Source of the DNA: Leptolyngbyaceae cyanobacterium
Lineage (GTDB): Bacteria; Cyanobacteriota; Cyanobacteriia; Phormidesmidales; Phormidesmidaceae
Assembly (NCBI GenBank): GCA_965263355.1
Contig: CBDHHL010000045.1
Location: 1 to 64,000, forward strand
Direction: 5' to 3'
DNA: 64,000 nucleotides
The notes beneath the pieces are model-generated. The model had not been told where the DNA came from and did no database searches. It saw only the letters and a list, made by a program, of their open reading frames with translations. The translations under genes and the position numbers were made by a program. Of this stretch, positions 55,070 to 64,000 are shown one piece after another (position 1 is the stretch's first letter; each line of letters opens with the position of its first letter).

Positions 55070-56604
55070 TCCCTCATTAATTTGTAAATTAAACTTTGAG
55101 CTTTAACGATGCATTCTTGAAACTCTTTTTCCTGAGCAGAGTCGACGGCATACCATAATGTTTCTAGCCCTGGGATTGCAAGAAACCCGTCAATTTCATA
55201 CTCTTCACAAAAGCAGTCAACCAAACAGATCATGACGTGCATAGCATCGGTTAATGGTCTTAATTGCAACCAATCAGCCTTAGCTTTTTTGTTGGCTTTC
55301 ACTGGCTCAGGGGGCTTAGCAAAATGCGTTTTAATGTTCGGCTGGCTGGCTAATGTCTTAGCTAATGCATTACCTGGGATAATCGGCATTGGTACCCTAG
55401 CTTCAAACAGCATGTAACTAGTGGTCGGCTGATCACTAACTCCAGTAATTAAAAATTGCCGAATCATCCAGTGATGACTCCAAATAGTGCTTTTGGGCAT
55501 CCCTGATACATCGTGAGCAGGGTTAAAGCCCATATTGATGATGCCGTTAACGCTATATCCATCGCGAAATGTACGCAAATGTGATTTGCCCCAATTAACT
55601 AGAGCAATATCATTAGAATCTCGTTTGCTAGGCTTGATTTTTTTGGCTTTTTCATATTCAGTTTCTATATACGAAACAAGTTCTTGCCAATCACCAACCG
55701 GATATCTAAGCCCAGTCGTTGCCGCCATGCCATAAAGAATCACTGGGCTTGGGCAATAGATGTTAGCAACCAGCGGCCAGAGTTCTTGAAACAATCGAAG
55801 GGTTACCCAAACATCTTGAGCGCAATATTCGAACAATGTCTGTGGCCCTTCTCCACCAACTGTTTTCAGGATCTCAATTCCCAGCACATCACTAGCTAAA
55901 CTGGCCAAGTCCATATCGGATGCCTGGGTTGCCCAATCAGGAGCAGGCTTACCATTAGAGATCGCAACCTTGTACTTCTCATACTGCGATCGTTGTTCTT
56001 TATGCACGCCTCTGACAAGCATTGCCAGGGCCATCACATCTATAAATAGACAACGCTCTGGTCCATACTCTGCATAAGAACTACTAAGAAATTGCGAATC
56101 ATGGGCAGCGCCATTTTGAGTGATCACGATGCAACCAGTTGGGAACGGAATAGTACGCTGCTTAGTTTCCGTCCAGCGATACATTGGGTTTTGCTCTTGC
56201 CATGCATACCAGTAACCATCGGCCCCATAGCAAATGCATAGGCAAGGCAACCATGCGTCTATATCAGCGTTGGCCGTGAATGCTTGCAATTCAATGGATT
56301 CAACATCGAGAACCATGGTTGCAGGCAGGTCATCAGGGGAAATGCATTGCCAGCTGCCCTCATCAAGACGAGACCAACCACTGCCGCCCACATCGGCAAA
56401 TGTTGGGATAAATTCAACTGGGAATCGTTCAACTTGCACATTGTTTAATAGGGGGGTTAATTCAACTGCAATGTCATACCATAAATCCCCCACCATTCCT
56501 TCTAGCCAAGCTCGCCACTCGGCACCTGTGGCCCCCTCCTTAGGATATGGATAAGAGCTGAACTTTGGTTCTGTTACTGGTCTAGTAATTGTTGTTGCTG
56601 ACAT
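55066..56604 (-). CDS. DNA polymerase gamma-like protein with intact 3'-5' exonuclease and degenerate polymerase domain
   Basis: ExoI VLDVE, ExoII QNGAAHD, FIDVMAL, ExoIII YCAQDVW, CPSPVILYGM; motif C region reads IPGLET. Confidence 0.75.
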   Translation of the reverse strand: MSATTITRPVTEPKFSSYPYPKEGATGAEWRAWLEGMVGDLWYDIAVELTPLLNNVQVERFPVEFIPTFADVGGSGWSRLDEGSWQCISPDDLPATMVLDVESIELQAFTANADIDAWLPCLCICYGADGYWYAWQEQNPMYRWTETKQRTIPFPTGCIVITQNGAAHDSQFLSSSYAEYGPERCLFIDVMALAMLVRGVHKEQRSQYEKYKVAISNGKPAPDWATQASDMDLASLASDVLGIEILKTVGGEGPQTLFEYCAQDVWVTLRLFQELWPLVANIYCPSPVILYGMAATTGLRYPVGDWQELVSYIETEYEKAKKIKPSKRDSNDIALVNWGKSHLRTFRDGYSVNGIINMGFNPAHDVSGMPKSTIWSHHWMIRQFLITGVSDQPTTSYMLFEARVPMPIIPGNALAKTLASQPNIKTHFAKPPEPVKANKKAKADWLQLRPLTDAMHVMICLVDCFCEEYEIDGFLAIPGLETLWYAVDSAQEKEFQECIVKAQSLIYKLMRD

Positions 56605-56936
56605 GGTTTATTAGTTTGTTGTTTGAACTTTTGACCGGCCCATTGTGCGTGCTTACGTTTTGCATTTTGAGCCTTTGTTTCTTTCGTCTCGTCGTCATGG
56701 GCCACACCAACGGTTTGACGACGGTATACCTCAATTAAGTAAGGGATTTTATGCTTTTTCTTATTAAGGCAGTCAAGCCGTTGGTTAACATCTACCCACC
56801 AAATGCCACCAGAACGGGCTAGGCAATAATTACAGCGGCATAAGCTAGCGTCTAAGCCTGGAATGATGGCATCCGATGGGGCAGTGCATTTGATTTTAGA
56901 GCGACGGGTTAATGGTAGTTCTAATTGATGAGGCAT
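56574..56936 (-). CDS. Hypothetical Cys-containing protein
   Basis: CRCNYC motif. Confidence 0.45.
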   Translation of the reverse strand: MPHQLELPLTRRSKIKCTAPSDAIIPGLDASLCRCNYCLARSGGIWWVDVNQRLDCLNKKKHKIPYLIEVYRRQTVGVAHDDETKETKAQNAKRKHAQWAGQKFKQQTNKPCQQQQLLDQ

Positions 56937-57322
56937 GGCTTTTGATAGTCTGGGAAGATAATCTCATCTATGGGCAAACACACTTCATAACCAGCTTGTT
57001 CAGCAAGGTTCAAAATATCTTCAGGTTCTAATCCACCACAAAAAAGACAAGCGGCTGCATAATTCATCATTGATTCTTGAGTATGCGGTGAATCATCTTT
57101 CTTGTATAAATGCTGGTAACAGAAGATCTCTCCCGTTGCTAGCTTTAATCTGACCTTGACAGGGCTTCCCGAATAGCCGTTTATTCCACAATAAATCCAT
57201 ATCGCAATTGGTGGAGCGCCACCGACCCCAGCCTCAATGCCAACGGTCACATTCACCCCCCGCAAGTTAGGGATTTTAAGTATTGAAGACTGAAGTATTT
57301 TTTTTGAGATTTTCATTACCAA
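56921..57322 (-). CDS. Hypothetical protein
   Basis: Coupled ORF. Confidence 0.5.
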   Translation of the reverse strand: MVMKISKKILQSSILKIPNLRGVNVTVGIEAGVGGAPPIAIWIYCGINGYSGSPVKVRLKLATGEIFCYQHLYKKDDSPHTQESMMNYAAACLFCGGLEPEDILNLAEQAGYEVCLPIDEIIFPDYQKPCLIN

Positions 57323-57720
57323 GTCACCCCCATTTCTTCTAAAAGTTCTGCACTACCTTGATGACAAACGCCACACATCCCACTGCCGTAATATCCGCCA
57401 TATCTAAACAGCCGAGTCCCGCAACATTCGCAATTGCCAAACTTTTGAGTCTTATTTCCTGCTATGTCTGCAATAGCTTCAGCTACACAGAAATAGGAAT
57501 CACCTTTAGAATCGGGCGGGCAATGCTCACTAAAGCTTTCAATCAAGTAAGAAATATCTTTGCTTTTGACTGGCAAAGTAAAACTAGCCTTAATCTCATC
57601 ATGGACACTTAGTAGCAAAACTCTATTATCGGGATGGAATAAAATGCAATAGCCCTCATGCTCGTAATCTTTTTGTTCATGAAGATCGTAAACATCGTAA
57701 AGACCTTTTCTTAGTGACAT
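57316..57720 (-). CDS. Hypothetical protein with a C-terminal Zn-ribbon-like motif
   Basis: CECCG...GMCGVC. Confidence 0.55.
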   Translation of the reverse strand: MSLRKGLYDVYDLHEQKDYEHEGYCILFHPDNRVLLLSVHDEIKASFTLPVKSKDISYLIESFSEHCPPDSKGDSYFCVAEAIADIAGNKTQKFGNCECCGTRLFRYGGYYGSGMCGVCHQGSAELLEEMGVTW

Positions 57721-57744
57721 AGCTTTAGCTCCTAACTGTACTTT

Positions 57745-58407
57745 TTACACAGGAAAAATTTCTAATTGGTCTATTCCACCTTGAATCCTTCTAGCGGAAC
57801 GTCTTGGCTTAGTGGCTTTAGGGTAAGGATCGCATCGCTGATGTTGCGGGCTTGAATGGGAATAATGAAACTCGTCTAAAATCTCTCTAGATAGATGAAA
57901 CCATTCGCCTCTAACTAAAAGGTCTTTATATTTAAGATGTAATAGTTTTTCTTCTTTTTCTTCGCCTTTGATAGTGCTTAAAAGCTTTAGTGTTATAGGG
58001 TTGCCAGTCTGCAAGGTAGAAAGTCGTTTAAGCAACATAGATTCAGCTGTTAATCCTATTTTTAGAAAATTTTCTGATTGCACTAAATAAACAATATTGC
58101 TTTTTGTTTGGCTCCTTGTGTTATTGCACCAATCCCAGAATCTTTTTGCAATTTCAGGATGTGCCCAGGTGCCACCCTTGCCTCTTCCTCGAATTGCTAC
58201 TAATGAAACGCCAGCATCTTTGGAAAATCTTTTTAAGAAAGTATTAGTTGATTTATTTTCTAGCCAATGATCAATTCGCTTGCCGGTAGCATTAGCCATC
58301 TGATTGAGATTGATATAGCCATCTTCTCGCTTTTGCCAGATATCAACTTGATTAAAGCTGCGAACGATATTGGAATCGTTATTGTCGTTGGAAGTGTTCA
58401 TGGTCAT
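57745..58407 (-). CDS. KilA-N domain fused to a GIY-YIG (T5orf172-like) nuclease domain
   Basis: DGYINLNQMA...GTWAHPEIA; VYLV..LKIG..RL..LQTGNP...E..LH...RGEWF. Confidence 0.85.
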   Translation of the reverse strand: MTMNTSNDNNDSNIVRSFNQVDIWQKREDGYINLNQMANATGKRIDHWLENKSTNTFLKRFSKDAGVSLVAIRGRGKGGTWAHPEIAKRFWDWCNNTRSQTKSNIVYLVQSENFLKIGLTAESMLLKRLSTLQTGNPITLKLLSTIKGEEKEEKLLHLKYKDLLVRGEWFHLSREILDEFHYSHSSPQHQRCDPYPKATKPRRSARRIQGGIDQLEIFPV

Positions 58408-58478
58408 AGCTTTTAGCCTTTTCTTGTTTAGTTTGAATTACTTAAATTGATGCACCGTGAATTGACGAACTTGACTAG

Positions 58479-60197
58479 TTAGCACATAAAAATCAACTGT
58501 TTACGTGCCCTAGTAGCTGCGGTGTACAGCAGCTTTCGAGGATCCCAAGTTTCGTCAAATTTTGCTTGTGCGTTCGACATAAGAGTCTTCATGTCAAGCA
58601 CGACAATATCTACTGTTACGCCTTGCAGCCGATGGCAAGTGCTCACATAGCTGTAACTGGCCTTATCAGCAAAGTTGGCCAAGTCAAAGTAGTCTATCCA
58701 CAATCTCGTTTTAAGCTTTTGATATTCATACTGCTGTAAATCTTCGCCGTTCTTCTTTTTCCACCAATTTTTTAAACCAAACTCTTCCCAAACAGCCTTA
58801 GCCTGCTCCCCTTCCTGTCCTCTAATACCTGTAGATTTACGACTGCGGGTCTGAGTAACTTTTGCTCGGCTAGCTAGCTGCTTACATTCAAGCTGCCATT
58901 GGTCGTACTGAGCTGGGTTGAGTAAGCATATTGCTTTTCGTTCCGAGAACGGTAGCCCTGACTCATAACGCCGATACCGAAAAATCATCCGGCTAAATTT
59001 AGTACCAAGCTTTGATGTCATCTCAAATGACTGATCTGTAAGAATTGTTCCAGAAGTGCCAAGACTTACATATGCACCCGGTCCGCATAGGTCGCCAAGT
59101 TCTAAAAGTGTGCTGGTGTGCTCTTCCAGCTTCGATTTTTTCCCACCGCAAGCAACGTCATAAGCATATGAACTGCTACGGCTAACGGCATTCAACGTCA
59201 ATACAACATCCCCTGGATCGTAAAATAGTCCAGACAAATCCCCATCTTTGAGAATGCCGCGAATCTGATAATTAAGGGCCATTACCCTAGCGTTAGTCGC
59301 TGCAGCAAATCGGATAGATTCCCCAGCTGCGTACAGTTCTTTAAGTTGAGGCATGACTTCCCACTCTTGCAGAACCATTAAAGTGTCATCTTCCTCCACT
59401 CGCTGATGCAGCCAGTTGTAATCTCGTTCAGTACGGACCTTATTGCAGTATTCAAGAATTGCGCCTTTATAGCGAACAACCTCTGTTAACTCTTGGAATG
59501 ACGGCAAAGACTCAACCTTGCTAATTGTTTCGCCAATAGGTGGCAGCTGAGCAGGATCCCCCAAGAAAATAATTTGAAAGTCAGGGTGCATCACTGGGTC
59601 ATTCGCTAGTTCGCAAAAAAGCCCATATAGAAGCTTGTCGATCATTGACCATTCATCAACTAACAAAAACCTGACTTTTTCTATTCCTTCCTTGAGCTTT
59701 CCGCTAGGCACAAACGATTGAACTTCAGCGTCTGAAGCGTTGCGACGTATCAACAAAGCATCAATTAACGCCGATTCATCCGTACTTCTAAGCTCTTCTT
59801 TAATGCCTAAAAGGACATCTAATTTATCTTGGTCCTTTCGTTTGAACTCAACTGTCTTAGGCCGCAAACCAAGCAATGAATGAGCGGTGGTCACCTCAGT
59901 GACAGCACTTCCCCTCAACGAGTTCTCAATCACCCCTTTAGCTTGATGAGTAGGAGCGCAAGCCCAGACCGGGCCATTAATAAGCCCCTCTTCAATAGCA
60001 GCTTGCACAACATATTTAATCACGGTGGTCTTTCCCGTGCCAGCAAAGCCAGTCACGCGAGCAAGCTTAGAAGGTTTAAGCCTTAGCCATTCCAGTACCT
60101 CAGCCTTAAGAACCTCTTGCTGGCCTGTCAACGTTATTTTTGGCGATTCGTCATCGCCAGTAGCCATCAATAATGACGACTGAATCGCCTCAACCAT
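58479..60197 (-). CDS. SF1B DNA helicase (Dda/RecD2-like)
   Basis: GFAGTGKT, APTHQA, VDEWSM, GDPAQLPPI, LTEVVR, TCHRLQG and YTAATRA motifs. Confidence 0.9.
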   Translation of the reverse strand: MVEAIQSSLLMATGDDESPKITLTGQQEVLKAEVLEWLRLKPSKLARVTGFAGTGKTTVIKYVVQAAIEEGLINGPVWACAPTHQAKGVIENSLRGSAVTEVTTAHSLLGLRPKTVEFKRKDQDKLDVLLGIKEELRSTDESALIDALLIRRNASDAEVQSFVPSGKLKEGIEKVRFLLVDEWSMIDKLLYGLFCELANDPVMHPDFQIIFLGDPAQLPPIGETISKVESLPSFQELTEVVRYKGAILEYCNKVRTERDYNWLHQRVEEDDTLMVLQEWEVMPQLKELYAAGESIRFAAATNARVMALNYQIRGILKDGDLSGLFYDPGDVVLTLNAVSRSSSYAYDVACGGKKSKLEEHTSTLLELGDLCGPGAYVSLGTSGTILTDQSFEMTSKLGTKFSRMIFRYRRYESGLPFSERKAICLLNPAQYDQWQLECKQLASRAKVTQTRSRKSTGIRGQEGEQAKAVWEEFGLKNWWKKKNGEDLQQYEYQKLKTRLWIDYFDLANFADKASYSYVSTCHRLQGVTVDIVVLDMKTLMSNAQAKFDETWDPRKLLYTAATRARKQLIFMC

Positions 60198-60226
60198 ACA
60201 AATTACCCAAAATCTCTACAACCACA

Positions 60227-60255
60227 ATAATACCAATCACAATCACACCTGTAAA
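60227..60255 (-). promoter_or_regulatory. Sigma70-type promoter for the helicase operon
   Basis: TTTACA-N17-TATTAT. Confidence 0.5.
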
Positions 60256-60465
60256 GACACTTGACAAAAAATAAACGCCACTGACAGACCAGCAAGCAAG
60301 TCCTTCAAAAGCAAAAAAATAGAGCAACTGGCACACTAAAAAGCAAATTTAACGACAGAATGCGGGTTTCAGCGCTTTTTAGCTTTAGTGCATCAGTACT
60401 ATAGTCTTTGGGCAAAACTTAGATTCTATTTAACAGACGTTAACCCCCTGGATTCTGCAAAAAAG

Positions 60466-60635
60466 CATTCAAAAAATCACTGGGTTTCACCTATTAATCC
60501 ACTGCTTTTCAATAGTTATTTCATAGTTATTTCAAGCGCTTTTTGTCGGCTGTATTCCTTGCTATATATACGTTTCAGCTATTTCTATGCTCTAATATTT
60601 TATATATTTCAATTTCAAACTTTCTGTTTTAGAAA
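60466..60635. repeat. 170-bp inverted repeat, copy B (candidate origin region)
   Basis: Inverted copy of 15865-16034; lies in the non-coding gap between primase and helicase genes. Confidence 0.9.
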
Positions 60636-61029
60636 TAGATAGAGGCTAATAGGGCATAGATAGGGAGCACTCCTATAGAAAACAGAAAGTTTGAGCCAAA
60701 AAATGGCCATTTCGATAAAAAAATCGCTGGAACCATTGATATAAAAGGATTTCAAAATTCAAGTTTTAGTGAAATTCCTAGGAATTTACTAATGATTTTT
60801 GTGAAAAAACTGATCACTTTTTGGGCTTAACTACCACTAGTCCTACAAATCACTATCAACTGGCACACTCAACCAGAGTTTTATGAAGACAGCTTATTTA
60901 GTGCTATTTGATACATCGCTAAGCTTTTCTTAGGTCCCCTCGTTCTAGGAAAGGGGAGGGGGGATGCGGCGGCAGTTTTGTTTTGCTGGCTCTAGAACTG
61001 GTTGCAGCGGTCGATATTGGCCAAAGTAA

Positions 61030-61061
61030 AAGCGCTTCAGGTTTGGTGGCCTGAAGCGCTT
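61030..61061 (-). terminator. Terminator after the primase gene
   Basis: aagcgcttcagg / cctgaagcgctt stem with a T-tract on the minus strand. Confidence 0.6.
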
Positions 61062-61090
61062 GTGTAGTTGTCTGTTTCGATGTTTGTAGT

Positions 61091-63340
61091 TTAGTTGAAT
61101 AGTCCTAGCATTTTTCTAATGTCAACGTCTTTTAGTGGCGGTAGTGTTAGCGGAATGCCTTCTCCTGTTTTCCTCTGAGTTTCGGCCCCGGCGGCAAGGA
61201 TGTATTTTTTCCAGTTGCGCATTTTTAATGGCTTGCAGCCCGTGTCAATCACCCATTCTTTATAACGATTGTACCAGACACTAATTATCTGAGTTTGAGC
61301 AACGGATAGTTCTAGATGTTCCATCCATTCATAGACAGTATTTGACTCTGCCAAGTGACGTTGCTGTAATGCTATGTTCTCCTCAGACTTGAGGTGGGTT
61401 TTTAGTGTTTCCACTGCTTCATCTAGGGAGATAGCCCAAGCCCAATTAAATATTCCTGGCAGCTCAGCTTTTAATTTGTTGGCCAGCTCAGTATCGATCT
61501 CGGCGGGTTTGCGGCTGAATGGAATATACAATACTCGCCTACTAAGTCCTTCTTGGTCAGCTGCCCTGGACTTGATCGGCTGGTTCATAGCTGCCCACAA
61601 GACAGTTCTAAACTCTTCGGTTCGTTTATCTTTATATTTAGCTTCTACGTCTAGAGGTTCGTTGACACAGATTGAGTTAATATTTCCAACTGCCTGACTG
61701 CCCAATTCGCCTTTAAGGTCCATTGCAAAACAAGCCCGTTTGCCGGACATACTGTTCATGCCACGGGCATCATTCACGTTGTGATAATTCCAGGCGGCAT
61801 AACTGCCCTCGCCTACCAGCTGTGTCAACACGCTCAAGAATGTTCCCTTACCGATGCCAGCTGGGCCAATTAGAACAGGCCATATATGGATAGGGTAGGG
61901 GCCTTGTTTTTTAGGCGTGATCGTCCAACGAATAAGGGCTTGAATAATCTCTGGCCACTTTTCATCATCTTCGAATATCCAATTTAGCCAGGTTAACCAT
62001 TGGATACATTGGGCCTCAGGGTCATACGAAAACCCTAATGTCTGAGTAATATAATTTTGAGGAGAGTGTGGAATAAGCTCTTTTTTATTAAGCTCCAGCA
62101 CTCCATTAATAAATCCTAGTAGATGCGGCTGGTCAAATTGGTCTTTACTTAATCGGGTTTTGTTCTCTACAAACCTCAGTTCTTGCGCCGCGATCGCACG
62201 CTTCCTATTTAGCCAACACTGAGTGTCAGCTATTTGTTCGGAAAGTAATTTCCAGGCTTCCTCGCCTACGTCTTTCCAGATACCCTCTGGGTAATATTGA
62301 CGTTTTGAATAATCAGGGATATTCGCATAGATGCCATGTAAGGATAACCAACTGATTAACCCCCTAACATGATGCTGTTTATTAATAGGAGTATCTTTGT
62401 GGGCATCGTCTCCCAGTGGTTCAGACGCAAATAGGCACTCAGTATCTAATGACTTATCTTCCCACTTGCATTTTACTAATGGCAATGCATGTCTTAACAA
62501 TTCCTTTACTGGCGATTCGCCCAATAGCATAATTGCGTCATCTAAGCCTAGTTTTTTGGTCTTTTTTTCATTACCAAGCTTCAATCGTGTTGGAAGCAGC
62601 GCATATTTTAATTTTTTAGCTAATACTAGTGTTCGGGTAGGCACTCGTTCGCCAGAGCCTGTCTCGTCTATTTCGAGCTGATGATAAGCCTCTATTAAAT
62701 TTCCAGCTAATGCTTTGATGGCACTAGCAACTTGATATTTGTGAGTGATATCGCTATCAAAAACTATGGTTAAGTTTTGCGCGGCTCTAATATCAATCTC
62801 ATCAACCAGGCATCCTAAAGCACGGTTGCCCCATTCGTCCTTATCGCCAGTCTTGTAACTGTTAACTCCTCCAATCCCTATACATGGGATATTGCAGAGT
62901 GTTGCTAATAGGCTTTTTTTCTCGCCCTCTGCTAAGGCTAGGTTGAGTCCTGAAAGCTTAGTAAAATCTACTTTGTTAGCCACTCTCGGAAAATAAATCC
63001 GTGGGGGCGCTCCTTTTGGGGATAGATATTTACATTTTGGGGTTGGCGGGTTGTCTGGCCTGAGTCTAAAAAATGGCCTGCTATCATCCCCCCATCGATA
63101 TACGTCCTTGCCGTCAATTGTGAAATAAGTGAATATCAGACCGGCTCTACCGTGGCCTGTGAGCGCTCTAGCTAAGGCAGCATCAGCGCTAAATATGCCA
63201 GCTACTAGGGCAGCACTGGGACTTATACCGCTTTCCGCTAAATGATTGGCGTGATGGGCTTCTAGATAGTGCTGCTCGGGCAGCTCGGGAATAAACTTGC
63301 GTATTGATTTCCATCCAAAATCAGCTCCTAATCCACTCAT
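61091..63340 (-). CDS. Primase-helicase (DUF3854 TOPRIM-like domain plus D5/P4-type SF3 helicase)
   Basis: KYLSP, AEGEKK, GIGGV, IVFDSD, GLDD; INGVL..HSP..Y; GPAGIGKGT; EAKYKD. Confidence 0.9.
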   Translation of the reverse strand: MSGLGADFGWKSIRKFIPELPEQHYLEAHHANHLAESGISPSAALVAGIFSADAALARALTGHGRAGLIFTYFTIDGKDVYRWGDDSRPFFRLRPDNPPTPKCKYLSPKGAPPRIYFPRVANKVDFTKLSGLNLALAEGEKKSLLATLCNIPCIGIGGVNSYKTGDKDEWGNRALGCLVDEIDIRAAQNLTIVFDSDITHKYQVASAIKALAGNLIEAYHQLEIDETGSGERVPTRTLVLAKKLKYALLPTRLKLGNEKKTKKLGLDDAIMLLGESPVKELLRHALPLVKCKWEDKSLDTECLFASEPLGDDAHKDTPINKQHHVRGLISWLSLHGIYANIPDYSKRQYYPEGIWKDVGEEAWKLLSEQIADTQCWLNRKRAIAAQELRFVENKTRLSKDQFDQPHLLGFINGVLELNKKELIPHSPQNYITQTLGFSYDPEAQCIQWLTWLNWIFEDDEKWPEIIQALIRWTITPKKQGPYPIHIWPVLIGPAGIGKGTFLSVLTQLVGEGSYAAWNYHNVNDARGMNSMSGKRACFAMDLKGELGSQAVGNINSICVNEPLDVEAKYKDKRTEEFRTVLWAAMNQPIKSRAADQEGLSRRVLYIPFSRKPAEIDTELANKLKAELPGIFNWAWAISLDEAVETLKTHLKSEENIALQQRHLAESNTVYEWMEHLELSVAQTQIISVWYNRYKEWVIDTGCKPLKMRNWKKYILAAGAETQRKTGEGIPLTLPPLKDVDIRKMLGLFN

Positions 63341-63543
63341 ATTTATTAAATTCCAGGAAGCCCATTATATTTGCTGCGTTTTATATAATGGCATTGCTTT
63401 ACAAGCATGGCTGCATTTTTTCTTTTTTGTCAAGCCCCTTGACAAACTTGATTGTATTTTTTAGGGTTGTACTTATAAGCGTTTAGAGCGGTTCGATGCC
63501 ACGTTTGCTCTAACTCGATGTTCAAAAATTGGAATTTATTATT

Positions 63544-64000
63544 ATGGCCCGATTTCAAAAGAAAGGCTCTAGCACTCAAGCTCAAACTACTGCAACTGCT
63601 GCTGTTCCAAGCATTAACCTTACTCAAAAGTTAATGGACCTTGAGACAGAATTATTGAGTGCTGGGATTAGCGAAGACAAGATTGACATTCCGGATCAGA
63701 GTTTGCCGGAAGATATTCGTGAGGCGTTTAACCAGCTTGCTGTGAAACTTGGTTTTACCGAGTACAATCCGGACGGTTGTACTTGCGTTTTTGTAAACAA
63801 TGATAATGGCGGTTATTTAGCTACACCTGCTATTTATGCCTATGAAGACGGGATTTGCGTCAGGTGGGGACAGCAGCGATTTGTCATCCCTAATGAAACT
63901 GCGTTTCCTAGCGATTTGTACGCGCTTAATTTAGGCGATGATACGCTGATTTTAGATCCATCTGGATATGCGTTGGTTTGCCCTGTTCGCTTACAGTATG
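63544..64000 (+). CDS. Partial ORF running off the window end
   Basis: MARFQKKGSSTQAQ... is open to position 64000; divergent from the primase gene. Confidence 0.6.
   Translation, partial: MARFQKKGSSTQAQTTATAAVPSINLTQKLMDLETELLSAGISEDKIDIPDQSLPEDIREAFNQLAVKLGFTEYNPDGCTCVFVNNDNGGYLATPAIYAYEDGICVRWGQQRFVIPNETAFPSDLYALNLGDDTLILDPSGYALVCPVRLQY

Noticed and set aside
665..62681. Many short antisense or alternate-frame ORFs inside long genes (for example 665-919, 9403-9747, 61374-61697)
   Set aside because: Shadow ORFs fully nested in well-supported genes, with no motifs
1..64000. Integrase, att site, endolysin/holin, contractile tail sheath, Mu transposase
   Set aside because: No recognisable motifs; Mu-like head genes alone do not imply a transposable phage, and these functions may lie outside the window

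Overview
The whole window reads as part of a temperate, long-tailed (sipho-like) phage or prophage of a cyanobacterium. The host call rests on about 20 copies of the HIP1 octamer GCGATCGC counted by eye. Layout: (1) 22-11514, minus strand: head and packaging module (terminases, a long DUF935-type portal with extra domains, MuF-like protein, Mu-type protease, scaffold, capsid). (2) 11618-14794, divergent operon: ParB-like protein, radical SAM enzyme and two proteins that share only an N-terminal IFxxQVGNGG tag. (3) About 15.4-16.7 kb: a non-coding block containing a 170-bp segment that recurs inverted (90% identical) at 60.5 kb. (4) 17.8-22.7 kb: small genes with duplicated promoters, a well-formed twister ribozyme, a duplicated pseudoknot-like motif and an IS607-type tnpB insertion. 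(5) 22.7-36.7 kb, plus strand: tail module with a -1 frameshift chaperone pair, tape measure and a duplicated tip domain. (6) 36.7-46.5 kb: accessory genes (O-antigen-ligase-like, secreted proteins, EEP nuclease, a membrane ATPase module). (7) A second tnpB element, an FGE/CLec protein with a DGR-like variable region, and a tRNA-like RNA with an elongated CUA-tipped arm. (8) 53-63.3 kb: replication genes (5'-3' exonuclease, a Pol-gamma-like protein with a dead polymerase domain, KilA-N/GIY-YIG, SF1 helicase, primase-helicase). No integrase, lysis cassette, reverse transcriptase or CRISPR array was recognised. All calls come from motif recognition by eye; no database search was run.
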